A stretch of DNA of 64,000 nt from Octopus bimaculoides (lineage: Eukaryota): NCBI RefSeq assembly GCF_001194135.2, contig NC_068982.1:12489838-12553837 (forward strand). Direction: 5' to 3'. Position numbers and translations under genes: made by a program. The notes below the pieces were generated by a model that saw nothing but the letters and a program-made list of their open reading frames with translations, had not been told where the DNA came from and made no database searches. This document shows, in pieces, positions 50,470 through 62,297 of this stretch; position 1 is the stretch's first letter; each line of letters opens with the position of its first letter.

Positions 50470-51300
50470 TATCATCATCATCATCATCATCGTTTAACGT
50501 CCGCTTTCCATGCTAGCATGGGTTGGACGATTTGACTGAGGACTGGTGAAACCGGATGGCAACACCAGGCTCCAATCTAATTTGGCAGAGTTTCTACAGC
50601 TGGATGCCCTTCCTAACGCCAACCACTCAAAGAGTGTAGTGGGTGCTTTTACGTGTCACCCGCNNNNNNNNNNNNNNNNNNNNNNNNNNNNNNNNNNNNN
50701 NNNNNNNNNNNNNNNNNNNNNNNNNNNNNNNNNNNNNNNNNNNNNNNNNNNNNNNNNNNNNNNNNNNNNNNNNNNNNNNNNNNNNNNNNNNNNNNNNNNN
50801 NNNNNNNNNNNNNNNNNNNNNNNNNNNNNNNNNNNNNNNNNNNNNNNNNNNNNNNNNNNNNNNNNNNNNNNNNNNNNNNNNNNNNNNNNNNNNNNNNNNN
50901 NNNNNNNNNNNNNNNNNNNNNNNNNNNNNNNNNNNNNNNNNNNNNNNNNNNNNNNNNNNNNNNNNNNNNNNNNNNNNNNNNNNNNNNNNNNNNNNNNNNN
51001 NNNNNNNNNNNNNNNNNNNNNNNNNTGGTGCATCTCATGTGCCACCCACACAAGAGCCAGTCCAGGGGCACTGGCAACGATCTTACTTGGCTTGCCGGGT
51101 CTTCTCATGCACAGCACATTTCCAAAGGTCTCGGTCAGTAGTCATCGCCTCGGTGAGGCCCAATGTACGAAGGTCTTGCCTCACCACCTCAGCCCAGGTG
51201 TTCCTGGGCCTACCTCTTCCACGGGTTCCCTCAACTGTTAGGGTGTGGCACTTTTTCACGCAGCTATCCTCATCCATTCTCACCACATGTCCATACCAGC
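50470..51300 (-). mobile_element. RTE ORF2 C-terminus plus 3' UTR spanning a gap
   Basis: ORF 51083-51343 RWYGHVVRMDEDSCVKKCHTLTVEGTRGRGRPRNTWAEVVRQDL...EKTRQAK* is the canonical RTE terminus. Confidence 0.92.
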
Positions 51301-51689
51301 GCATGTGAAAACAGATTATAGCAGCGACTCCATCTAAGAACATCTGAAGAAGGAATTGTCTTCCGAAATATCATTGGGCTATGGATAACTAAATTACAAC
51401 AGGTATATAATCCATTTTTTGTATTATAGTGCATTGTTGTACCATTCAAAACTTTTTATTCTTTACAAACAATGCACAATGCTTCAAGTGAACTACAACA
51501 CTCTCCCATATACTGCTTAAATTCTTCAGAATTTTTTCCTATTTGCATAGATATTTTTTCTTTTATTTTGATGGAGGGAAAACACACTAAAACACATCTC
51601 ATTCCCAAAATAAGCAACTTCTCTGAGCCTGCCAGCTTCAAACCTGTTGTCTTTCCTTCCAATGTATCAAAAGTAAAACAATTATTCTC

Positions 51690-51790
51690 TTCATTATTTA
51701 TATTATTTACATTTGACAGATGCTTGTCCTCATCTTGTTTGTTGTTAACACAATGTTTCGGCTGATATACCCTCCAGCATTCATCGAGCA
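51690..51790 (-). mobile_element. PLE-B terminal repeat with hammerhead motif (51747-51787)
   Basis: rc CGATGA-A-TGCTG(GAGGGTATAT)CAGCC-GAAAC-ATT-GTGTT; matches 40480-40560. Confidence 0.65.
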
Positions 51791-52224
51791 TATGACATAG
51801 TGGTTAAGAGTGTGGGCTACTAACTCCAACATGCTCTCACATATCTACCATAGCACTCACCATCCCAACAAACATTCCAATTTCTCTCACCATCACTCAT
51901 AACTGTCACCTCATCCCATTTTCTAAACATCACCCTTAACACTCTTATGTTTCACATCCAACTCTTTCCCCTCAGCACTGCTTATATTCACCCACCACAC
52001 CTGTATCAGGTATGTCCCTCATACATCTCCACCACCATCTATTTCTCTCTCATTTTCCCTCTGTCTGTCTCTCCATCTTTCTCTCTCACTATCTTTCTAT
52101 CCTCTCCTATCTTTCCTTACTCATGTAGCCAAGTATCTCCTCTATATAACTTATCGTTATCCTTCCATTACACTTTAACCTCTCAACCAGTACTGATCCC
52201 TTTCTCAGCTGAGGGTTTTGTTTT

Positions 52225-52430
52225 GTCTAACAACTTACTTGGCAACCCTGCTGGTGCTGGTGCCACATAAAAAGCATCCAGTATACTTTGCAAAGTGGTT
52301 GGTATTAGGAAGATCATCCAGCTATAAAACCATGCCAAAGCAGACAATAGAAAATGGAGCAGTCGTCTGGCTTGCCAGCTCCTGTCGAACCACCCAACCC
52401 ATACCAGCATGAAAAATGTTTGTTAATTGA

Positions 52431-52464
<34 letters not shown>

Positions 52465-52480
52465 GGTGGTGATGATGATG
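52225..52480 (+). mobile_element. RTE 3' UTR fragment with GAT/GGT tail
   Basis: Consensus match. Confidence 0.8.
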
Positions 52481-52756
52481 GGGTTCATACTGCATGCCTC
52501 TCTAAGGCCAATTCTGAACTTTATGTAGACATATTGTGCGACCCCACTAACAATACAAAAGCATACACTACAAAGTATAAATCTATTATTTTGTAAGAAT
52601 TGATATGCTTACGTACATCTTTTGTGTTTGATGAACATTTTCATGCATATTACAAAATATTAAACTAAAGAATATTACTTGGCTCTCTTAATACAGTATG
52701 TATATAATATGCGTGCGCATACCTATATAGATACACACACACATACAAACACACAC

Positions 52757-52789
<33 letters not shown>

Positions 52790-52926
52790 CATGTATACAC
52801 ATATATAAAATGTATGTATATACATGTATAAGCAATAATTTTGCTGTAATATTCTGCAGATAAATACCAGCCACCAAACTAATCAAACTACCAATTTTGA
52901 TTCTTTAGAACCAAACCAACAAATAC

Positions 52927-53001
52927 CTTCATCAGAATGCAGGAAATGAATATCTTCAGAGATCTGAGCCATAAGCTTGTGTATTATTCTTAAAGATGTA
53001 G
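52927..53001 (-). CDS. Candidate minus-strand exon
   Basis: tttattttagttttAG|75 nt|GTATTT; TSLRIIHKLMAQISEDIHFLHSDE, phase 1-1. Confidence 0.3.
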
Positions 53002-54784
53002 CTAAAACTAAAATAAATCAGACAATAAATAAAAGTAATCCTGGCAGACTCTGGCTGACTAATAAGCAGTAAGATTTCAATATGTGAGGAAACATTGTAA
53101 ACCAGATCGATAGCAGTCAACTTTAAGAAATTACTCTTTATATTATTTTCATCTAATATTGCATCTCTACAGAATATTAAATTGAATGACAAAGTCCATG
53201 AAAATAATATTTGATTAATATATCTTCTATAATTCATATTAGACAGCTCACCAAACAAACTGGGTTTAAGTTATTTCATATAAGTAGAAAATTTACTTCC
53301 TTTTTATTACCACTCAGACCTATCTTTTCTCAAAACATGTTTCATAAATAGAAAATGCAATGATATAAGATGTAGATAATGTAGACATAATTTACATCAG
53401 AATATTTATAGCATATCTAATTAGTATTTCAGAGTTGAATTCTTTGTCAAGTGACTTTTATCTAAGACTGTGCTAAAATTGAAGCATTTACATCATGAAA
53501 TACTAGTTTTTAGACATAAAAAAACACAGTAATTATTGCATTTACGTTTTATTTATTCATTTATTGTACTGTGTATTGGGAAGTGTCAAAAGGAACTTTT
53601 GCACATCTGTGACCTGGTCATTGATTAAATTTCTCTGCATATCTTGAGATTCAGTGGAAATGTACCAGAAATAAAGTTGTAGAAGTGCAAAGAAACTTTC
53701 TGACAATTCGTAATAAACAGTATTATTAAGAAATACATGAAAAGGAAATATAACAGTTTTTGTGTGTTTTACAATTGTTAGAATGACTCTTCCATGATCT
53801 AAATAAGTATTTACTTTGATGAAAACAGCTAAAATTTAATGATGCTTAATAGCAACTAAGATTAAACATAGAATTTTTAAAGATATTAGATTGGATGGAG
53901 ATTAAATTAAGAAAATTGGCCGTAAGATTTATTTTGTGTGAGAAAAAGATGAAAAAAATATTGATGATATCCTAAAGGAATTTGTAGTAAAAATCTTCTC
54001 AGTCTAAGAAAATATATAAATGTAGGAAAAGAAGAGATGAATTAGATTGCAGGCTATCTATTTGAAATGTAGCATAAAACAGAGAAAACCATGAAGATAA
54101 TAGTTCAGAAAATTTAAATTTTTATCACAATAACATATCTCAGATATTTAGAAATGTAATTACAGAAAAATCTTTTATTTGATGAAAATGGAAACTTCCA
54201 GCATTTAAATGCTTATATTTGTGATTGGTTACAGTGTTATCTAATATGTAACCATTAAAACGTATTATAATTTAATAGCATATTTATTGAACACCTTCTG
54301 CTATGATATGTACTGGTATTGTATAAGAAAAAAGTTATTGGGAAGAAATATTAAAATGTACTGGTATCTTATAACGTAGAATATTTATTGGGTAAATATA
54401 GCTAATAGCTATTTCTGTTTTTTTTTTAAAGAATCATTTGCATTCTATAATTGCATTAAGAAGCTGATACAAGAAAACATTGTACTGAATGTGATATTTA
54501 AAAATCTTAGGTCAGCTTTGATCTTTTTGAAATTTGGCATATCAGATTTAGTGAGAGAAACAACTCAAGTAAATACATATGCATTGTGTCTGCTTTCAGC
54601 ATTAACAAGAACATTTTTCACAAGCTCTCATTCTGAAATAAAGAGATAAGAGTGGGTAATATTTGTCAGTAGTAAAACATAATTCCAGAAAGGAAAATAG
54701 TAAAATATTTTCCCTCCAAAGATGTTGCATTTCATATGTAACATCCTTTTCTTTGCTTCCATATTGTCAATAGGAAAAATAAAC

Positions 54785-55630
54785 TAAGGCAGGCAAACTG
54801 CTTCATGGCATTTCGTTTGTGTTTACAGTTTGAACTCAAGTTCTGCTGAATTGTCTTTGCCTTTCATCTTTCAAGGTTGAGAAAATAAGTACCAGTTGAA
54901 GACTGGGGTTGATGCAATTAACCTAATTCCTCCCCTGCAATTGCTGGCCTTGTGCCAAATATTTGATACCAATATGATAAATAAAGACAGTGAGCTGGCA
55001 GAAAAGTTAGCATGGCAGGCGAAATGCTTAGCAGTATTTCATCTGTCTTTACGTTCTGAGTTCAAATTCTGCTGAGGTCGACTTAGCCTTTCATCCTTTC
55101 AGGGTTCGATAAATTAAGTACCTGTTGTGTACTGCGGTTGATCTAATCGACTGTCCCCCACCTCCACCTAAAAATTTCTGGCCTTGTGCCTTAAGTAGAA
55201 AAGAATATGATAAATAAATTCTCTCACACAAACTCAGTCTTTGAAATGAAGGGAATTTTGTTACTTTTATAAGACATATTTATGTTGCCATATGTAACAT
55301 TGTTCCCTTCAAGTCATTGACAGGACAACAACCATTTATAACATTCCAAACTGCATGAAGACAAACACTATTCCAGCTAAACAGTAATCTTTCTCCGTCT
55401 CAAATAATTCTTGATCATTTGTGTTCCTTATTCTAACATTATTGTTTTATGTCCAAGGCAGTGAGCTGGCAGAATCATTAGCATGCGGGACGAAATGTTT
55501 AGCAGTATTTTGCCCATCGCTGCATTCTGAGTTCAAACTCTGTCAAGGTCGACCTTGCCTGGAGTTGATGTAATTGACGAGTCCCCTTCCCCAAAATTTC
55601 AGGCCTTGTGCTTTGAATAAAAAGGATTAT
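54785..55630 (+). mobile_element. Three SINE-A copies (54785-54975, 54985-55205, 55455-55630)
   Basis: Consensus matches. Confidence 0.85.
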
Positions 55631-55909
55631 AGTTTTATGTCCATTATAAGTTTAGGTCTGTTTCCATCATACCATTTCAGTCAGAAAGTAAACTAGTCAT
55701 AAGAAAATATTTCCTCTTTTGTATTCAGTATATACTATTTGGTAATGTGTTCTCAATCATTAACTTCCATCTTTTTAAACACTAATTGATTTCCTTCTGA
55801 TTCCAAAAGAAATTTTCAAGAGAACAGATCTACACAAGCTATGGGCATACTCTGGTCCCTAGTTAAGCAAATAAACTTAACACTGTTAGTCAAGCTTAAC
55901 GTGTTTATG

Positions 55910-56292
55910 TTATTACCTACGCCTTAGCAAAGGCAGAGGTATTGTTTTCAGTCGTGTTTGTTTGTTTGTCCATGGACAAGATATCTCAAGAGCCGCTGAG
56001 TGGATTTGGATGAAACTCTCAGAGATGTCTGGCCTTGTAACTGGCACAAATTTATTCGATTGTGGGAGGGATCAATCCGGTACCAGACAAGGATTCTGGA
56101 TTAATTTTCTTGTTTTTTTTTTACTTAATTTTTGAGAGCAATTGCGTTCATTTTTAGTATTCTCATTTGTGAGAGCAGTTGAGGTTATTTCAGATATTCT
56201 CGTTTTAAAAATCACCTCTGGATAACCGTTGAGAGGACATTGGTGTTGCCTTGGTGGAGGTTTGCACTCTCTGAATACTCTTGCTTCTATTT
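55910..56292 (+). mobile_element. Helentron-associated non-autonomous element (HINE/DINE-1-like)
   Basis: 5' TATTACCTACGCC...GGCAGAGGT, GTTT microsatellite, 3' GCCTTGGTGGAGGT then CTCTCTGA...CT; inserted in T-rich context. Confidence 0.65.
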
Positions 56293-56959
56293 TATTTTTT
56301 TTTACTTCACAAGTTCTTATATGTCATGATATGTAAATGAATTTCTTCATATAAATCTGAACCTAAGTGCTTACCTGTATATTTCTATAAGTGTAATAGT
56401 TTACATATGTATATGCATGTAAGTACACCTAAGTGTATCAGTATGAGAAGGTTATTACATTAGCGTGTGTATAGGCTGCATATACTTAAATGCATTCTCG
56501 TAAAATGACACATGCTCTGTGGCTTCAAATTACCATTTCTTACAGAGAAATTTCTGTTTCCAAGGCTTCTGCACGCAATGTAATAACAAATGCCACAAGA
56601 TAAATATCAAGAAGAAACGTATTTCCAACATATAGTGAATAGCAAATCAATTTTAAAATGAAAGACCAGTTACGATTAAACCAATAGTATTATTAACATC
56701 AACACAAGTACATAGCTTCATTACTAATGGACATTGTTGTTAGTATTCAAGAGATACATAGCAAAGTTACAATGTCTGCAAGTCATACAGTTTATATTAC
56801 ATTTTTGATACAAATTCGAAATTATTAAAACCTGAAAATATTTTACTTTTTTATTGCTTTATTTTGCTATTACTATTTGCATGCCTGACATCTTTTTCTT
56901 CATATCTTTTATTTCACCTCTCAATTTTTTTTTTGCTTCTTCCATTCTTCTCCACCCCC

Positions 56960-56990
<31 letters not shown>

Positions 56991-57000
56991 NNNNNNNNNN

Positions 57001-57052
<52 letters not shown>

Positions 57053-57452
57053 GACTACATCTATTAAAGTAATAATATATCGCATTCCTCTTTGATGAAA
57101 GCTTAAACTTTTCCCTACCATTTCCCAACTGCTACAGTAAATCTATTATCTATGATAAATTAATGTACCTCTGTAACTTCTTTTCTCTTTTGCACCACGC
57201 ATGTGGAGAGAGGAGAATGGAAAAAGTGGGAAGCTAAAAGCTTGTAAGGTTTACTTTTGACGATAATAGACCAAAAATAATCCTAATGAGAAGAGATTCT
57301 TCTTTTATCTATTAAAAAAAATCTGTTTACTTTATAAAGAATGACCTTTGCTTTCAGAATTCTTCAGATATAAGATGGTCTTTTCACATATTTACCTAAA
57401 AATTTCCCAACTGATATAAACTACATTGTCCTACATATTTTAATTTTTGCAG

Positions 57453-57526
57453 GAATTGTTGAAGAAATTATTTTACACCTGAATATTCGTCCTAATGTTA
57501 ACAACTCAGTGATTTATGTGGCAGAA
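57453..57526 (+). CDS. Candidate exon (alternative donor at 57550)
   Basis: tattttaatttttgcAG|; only one frame open: IVEEIILHLNIRPNVNNSVIYVAE; GAA|GTATCT. Confidence 0.35.
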
Positions 57527-57904
57527 GTATCTATTTCCAGCTTGGCATCAGTAAAATAATGTACCTAATGTACAGATACACATTACAGTTCCACACATTT
57601 ACCAATATATTTTTTTCTCTTGTATATTTTATTTGAAAACAAAATATGGTTTAGATTAATTGAAAATCAAGAAGAAATAAAAATAACAAAAAATTTAATT
57701 TCTTTTTTTAAAAGTAATATTTTTGGAATGTCAATATTGTACCTACCTAATAGATAGATGCTTTAAATAGGTTTAATATTGATATTTCAAAAGGTGGCAA
57801 AGAAAATAGAGTAATTATATTGGTATTAAGTTTTCTTTTCTCCGTTCTGTGTTCTAGTCCAGCTATTTCAGCCTTCAAACGTATACTGAAGCTGATTCAA
57901 TTTA

Positions 57905-58085
57905 CTGACTGCCAGACACTCCATTGGTTATGACAACTGGAGTTCCAGTTGATTTGATCAACGGAACAGACTGCTTGTGAAATCAGTGTGCAAGTGGCTG
58001 AGCATTCATAGACACATGGACCTCTAACATAGTTCCCAGAGAGATTCAGCATGACACAAAATAGGACAAGGCCGGTCTTTTGACA
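57905..58085 (-). mobile_element. SINE-C 3' half (degenerate)
   Basis: rc aligns to 8175-8350. Confidence 0.7.
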
Positions 58086-58167
58086 GAAAAGTATTACTAA
58101 TTTTTGCCTGCTATATTCCTGTAATACAATTTACATGGGCTACTCTCACACTCCGACTGTCTCTGTC

Positions 58168-58206
<39 letters not shown>

Positions 58207-58384
58207 GTCTCTGTCTCTCTCTCTGTCTCTCTCTCTCTCTGTCTCTAACTCTCTCCACCCTTCTTCTTCTTCCTTTTCTACTGAAGTAGCCAAGTATTTT
58301 CTCAATAACAAGAAGGCCATCTCTGTCCCTCTGCCATATTCTAATCTCTTGGTTCTGCTCCCTCTCTCAACAGAGAGTTCCTTG

Positions 58385-58624
58385 TCATGCAAGCTTGTGG
58401 GTGCTGGTGCCACATAAAAGCACCCATGCTGGTGTCACGTATAAAGCACTGATGCTGGTGCTACATAAAAAGCACCCAACACACTCTATAAGGTGATTGG
58501 CATTAGGAAGGGTATCCATCTGTAGAAACCATGTCAAATCAGACTGGAGCCTGGTGCAATCTTCTGACTTGCTAACTTCTGTCAAACCATCCAACCCATG
58601 CCAGAATGGAAAACGGATGTTAAG

Positions 58625-58692
<68 letters not shown>
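58385..58692 (+). mobile_element. RTE 3' UTR with long (GAT)n tail
   Basis: Consensus match; GAT run at 58625-58692. Confidence 0.85.
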
Positions 58693-58694
<2 letters not shown>

Positions 58695-59598
58695 ATAAAT
58701 GTTTACTTTTGGGGTATTTTATGTCATTTAGCATTGATTAAAGCAATAGGCTCAATGATATTTTTTACACCTTTAAACACAATGACTTTGTGTAGAATTG
58801 GTTAAAGCAACATATTGACTTATTTTTCATCGTTAAGCATGATGTTTTAGCAGTTTGACAAATTGGTTTTGATAAAATAGTGCCAGACTGTAAGACAAGT
58901 ACTGGGGTCAATATAATCTCCTTAACCATTGAAGGCGGTACCCCAGCTTGACAGCGGTCCTATAAATGCAACCAGTTAGAGAATACAAAAATATCTTTGC
59001 TCTTATTTTGATCATTTATATCAAGTCACTTCTTTAGAGAATTGACTTATTTCTAAATTAAAGATTTAACAGTATTTAAAGTTCAGCCTTGATTTTATTT
59101 GATATTTAAAACATTTTTTTTCTTTTGATGAAAACGATTAGGATTTTTAAAATGATAGTAAAAAAAAATCTTTCATTGCGTTCTCTTTATAAGTTAAACT
59201 GAACTCTGTTAATTCATTTTCCAGTACATTTTATCTCCCAGAAAATCATCTGACTTTATTTTGAATTATTTTTCAGTAGATAGTAACAACAAAATGTTAT
59301 TGTAATGTGTAAAGTACCCAACTATAAAGTTGCTAAATATCTGATTCAAAGTAAAGTCAAAAACATCAATAGTACCATCTGATAAATCAATATCCTGAAA
59401 TCCGATACCATCATTATCATCATCATCATCATCATCATCATCGTTGTCATCATTGTCATCAGCATTTTAATTCACTTTATACTGTCAAGTCAACGGTATC
59501 AAATTTAGGGTTATGTGTACTTAGCTAATAGAAGTAACAGCTGATAACATTATTACAGCTGGAAATTATATGAAAATATTTATTGCTCAACATGGTGC

Positions 59599-59635
<37 letters not shown>

Positions 59636-59699
59636 AGTGTGTGTGTATATATATATATAGTGATAATAATGATGATGATAATAATAATAATGATGATGA

Positions 59700-60115
59700 T
59701 GATGATATTGAGAAAGAAAGCAAACGACGCTGTATCATAGATATAGCATGCCCAGCTGACAGCAAAGTATGCGATAAGGAAGAAAGTTAAGTTGATAGAT
59801 ATGGCAGGTTAGCTTGGGAGGTTAAGCAGTAGTGGTTGATATAAAAGGTGGTAGTAGTACCAATAATTGTCGGAGCCCTGGGAACAGTGAGTAAAAATTT
59901 TGAGAAATACATGGAACAAATAGGGCCTGTAATAAGGGTGGAGCACTTGCAGAAAACAGCACTGCTTGGAACTGCTCGAATACTCTGGATGGTGCTCGAA
60001 AAATAAGGGGTGCTACCTTAGTTCACTGGTAGTGAATAGCTGACATTGTAGTACATCTCCAGTGTTAGAAGCTGTGCAAAGACAAGGCAGCGTGTCAGTC
60101 TCATAATCATGTTTC
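59700..60115 (+). mobile_element. RLE-type LINE 3' end (second subfamily), flanked by AAT-rich tracts
   Basis: RCIIDIACPADSKVCDKEE...VVVPIIVGALGTVSKNFEKYMEQIG...EHLQKTALLGTARIL with stops. Confidence 0.85.
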
Positions 60116-60286
60116 AATAATAATAATAATGATTCTTAAACATTCTCTAGAACAACACTATATACAAATCCAAATATATGGTACCCGAGGCATAACACCT
60201 ACATGAACTTCTAACTTGTTGTCTCTTGAGGTCTCTGGGTGGGACTTGGATCCAACTTGTACAAATGCAAAGCAAAAGTCAAACAA

Positions 60287-60287
<1 letters not shown>

Positions 60288-60348
<61 letters not shown>

Positions 60349-60368
60349 CAACAACAACAACAATAACT
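60288..60368. repeat. (AAT)n(AAC)n microsatellite
   Basis: Directly visible. Confidence 0.95.
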
Positions 60369-60404
60369 ATAATAAGAATAAATATATATGTTTCTTGCAG
60401 AAAA

Positions 60405-61009
60405 CAATTTACTTCCAGTAGGACAAAAGGGATGCCATGAAGGATACAAGAGCACCAAGGACTCCCTTGTGATAGACAAGATTGCAATGAAGAACTGTAA
60501 ATGGTACCAAAAAAAAACTTGTGCATGGCCTGGGTAGACTTTAAAAGGGCTTACGACATGTTGCCACATTTATGGATTTTGGAAACATTCGACATGTGTG
60601 GAATAGCTGAGAACATGTGTGCACTGATTAAGAACAGCGTGCCTAGTCGGAAAATACGTCTTTTCTGTAACAGCCAGCACTTAGCCAACATACACAGGAA
60701 AAGGTAATGGACGGAAAGGGGAATGCAAAAATCCTTGGGGACTTTGACTTCCAGACAGACAAGGTGTTAGAGCACGAAAGGCCGGATATTATAATCTTTA
60801 GGAGGGACAAACAAAAGTGCCTAGTAATTGGCGTGACAGTACCAGGAGATCAACATATTATCATGAAAGAAAGAGAAAAGATTGATAAATATGGAGACCT
60901 GAGAATTGAGATTGCTAAGATGTGGCAGCTACGAGAGTCATACACAAAGGTTGTCCCTATTGTCATCAGAGCATTGGGTTCAATACTACCCAACCAAATT
61001 AAATTGTGA
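60405..61009 (+). mobile_element. RLE-type LINE with internal deletion: RT N-terminal part joined to the RLE domain
   Basis: QKGCHEGYKSTKDSLVIDK..., NLCMAWVDFKRAYDMLPHLWI (RT), then DFDFQTDKVLEHERPDIIIF...EKIDKY..L..EI..MW (RLE). Confidence 0.9.
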
Positions 61010-61934
61010 AAAAATGAATTTTTCCACAATTTGAAGTTGAAAATGTCACAAAGACTGAAACCGGTATGGAAACATTCTTCATAATAAAATTATTTTGGCA
61101 TTTTTTACCTTGTCTTATTTTCCTTATACATGTCAACTCATGTGATACTTTTCAACCTCCTACAAACACACACACACACACACACACATATTGAATTGAT
61201 ACAAGTGATGCTTTGTTGCTGCATTTTGCACTAAGCAGCGAAGGATCATGGGAATGTGATCCTTTAGTTATTACTAATAAAAACATCACCATATATAAAA
61301 TTGTCTAACAGTTATGTATAGGTAATATTCATCGTTTATTTCACATTTAATATATTCATCTATTGATGTTTTTTTTTCCATTTTGCCTTTGTAAATCCTC
61401 TATAGTTAATCATTTCATTTCTCTGTGATATTGTGAATCGGATGGCAGTACTATTAACTAATGTTTTCCCATTTATCTATTTTCCACATGCACTCAATAT
61501 AATGTGTTGTAATAATTCCTTGTTGTAAATGCATCATCAACTAATAAACACAAAGTGTTATAACTGCATGTCCAATATAATAGTCTGCGTAATGATATTA
61601 CATCGTTCATGCCTATGTTTTCATTGAAATTTGTATATTAATTGGTTGTTCAGAGAATGATATGTAGTTTTCAAGTTTGTGATTTCATGTCAATGAGATA
61701 GTTTTGTTGTTAATGTAATATTTTCTGTTAGTTTTTACTTCCTTGTGATGCATGTTGTGCTATGTTTTCAGAATTTTTCAATTGTATAATAAGAGTTCAT
61801 TTGGTTCATGTTGCATATTATGTATGGTATTGCATGCTTTTATTTTTGTTGTAACTGTGTGGATCAGTTTGTTCTTTTATTTTGCTACAGCTTGGCCTGT
61901 TGTCCAGACTATAGAAAAATAAGGAAGTAAAAGG

Positions 61935-62091
61935 TGCAGGCATGGCTGTGTGTTAAGAAGTTTGCTTACCAACCACGCGGTTCTGAGCTCAGTCTCACTA
62001 CATGACACCTTTGGCATATCTCTTCTACTATAGTCTTGAGCTAAAGCCTGGTCAATGGATTTGGTTGAAAGAAACTGAAAGAAGCTTGTTG

Positions 62092-62140
<49 letters not shown>

Positions 62141-62193
62141 GTCTGTCTGTCTGTCTCTCTTTCCGTCTGTCTGCCTGCCTGACTATCTGTCTG

Positions 62194-62246
<53 letters not shown>
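61935..62246 (+). mobile_element. SINE-B head followed by (TATC)n/(TGTC)n microsatellite
   Basis: Consensus match plus visible tetranucleotide repeat. Confidence 0.85.
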
Positions 62247-62249
62247 TTA

Positions 62250-62297
62250 AAGTGCCCATGTGATAACTGTAAACCTACTTTTGGGCCACCCTCTATA
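62250..62297 (-). mobile_element. Tc1/mariner terminal remnant
   Basis: rc TATAGAGGGTGGCCCAAAAGTAGGTTTACAG resembles a Tc1-type TIR start. Confidence 0.45.
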
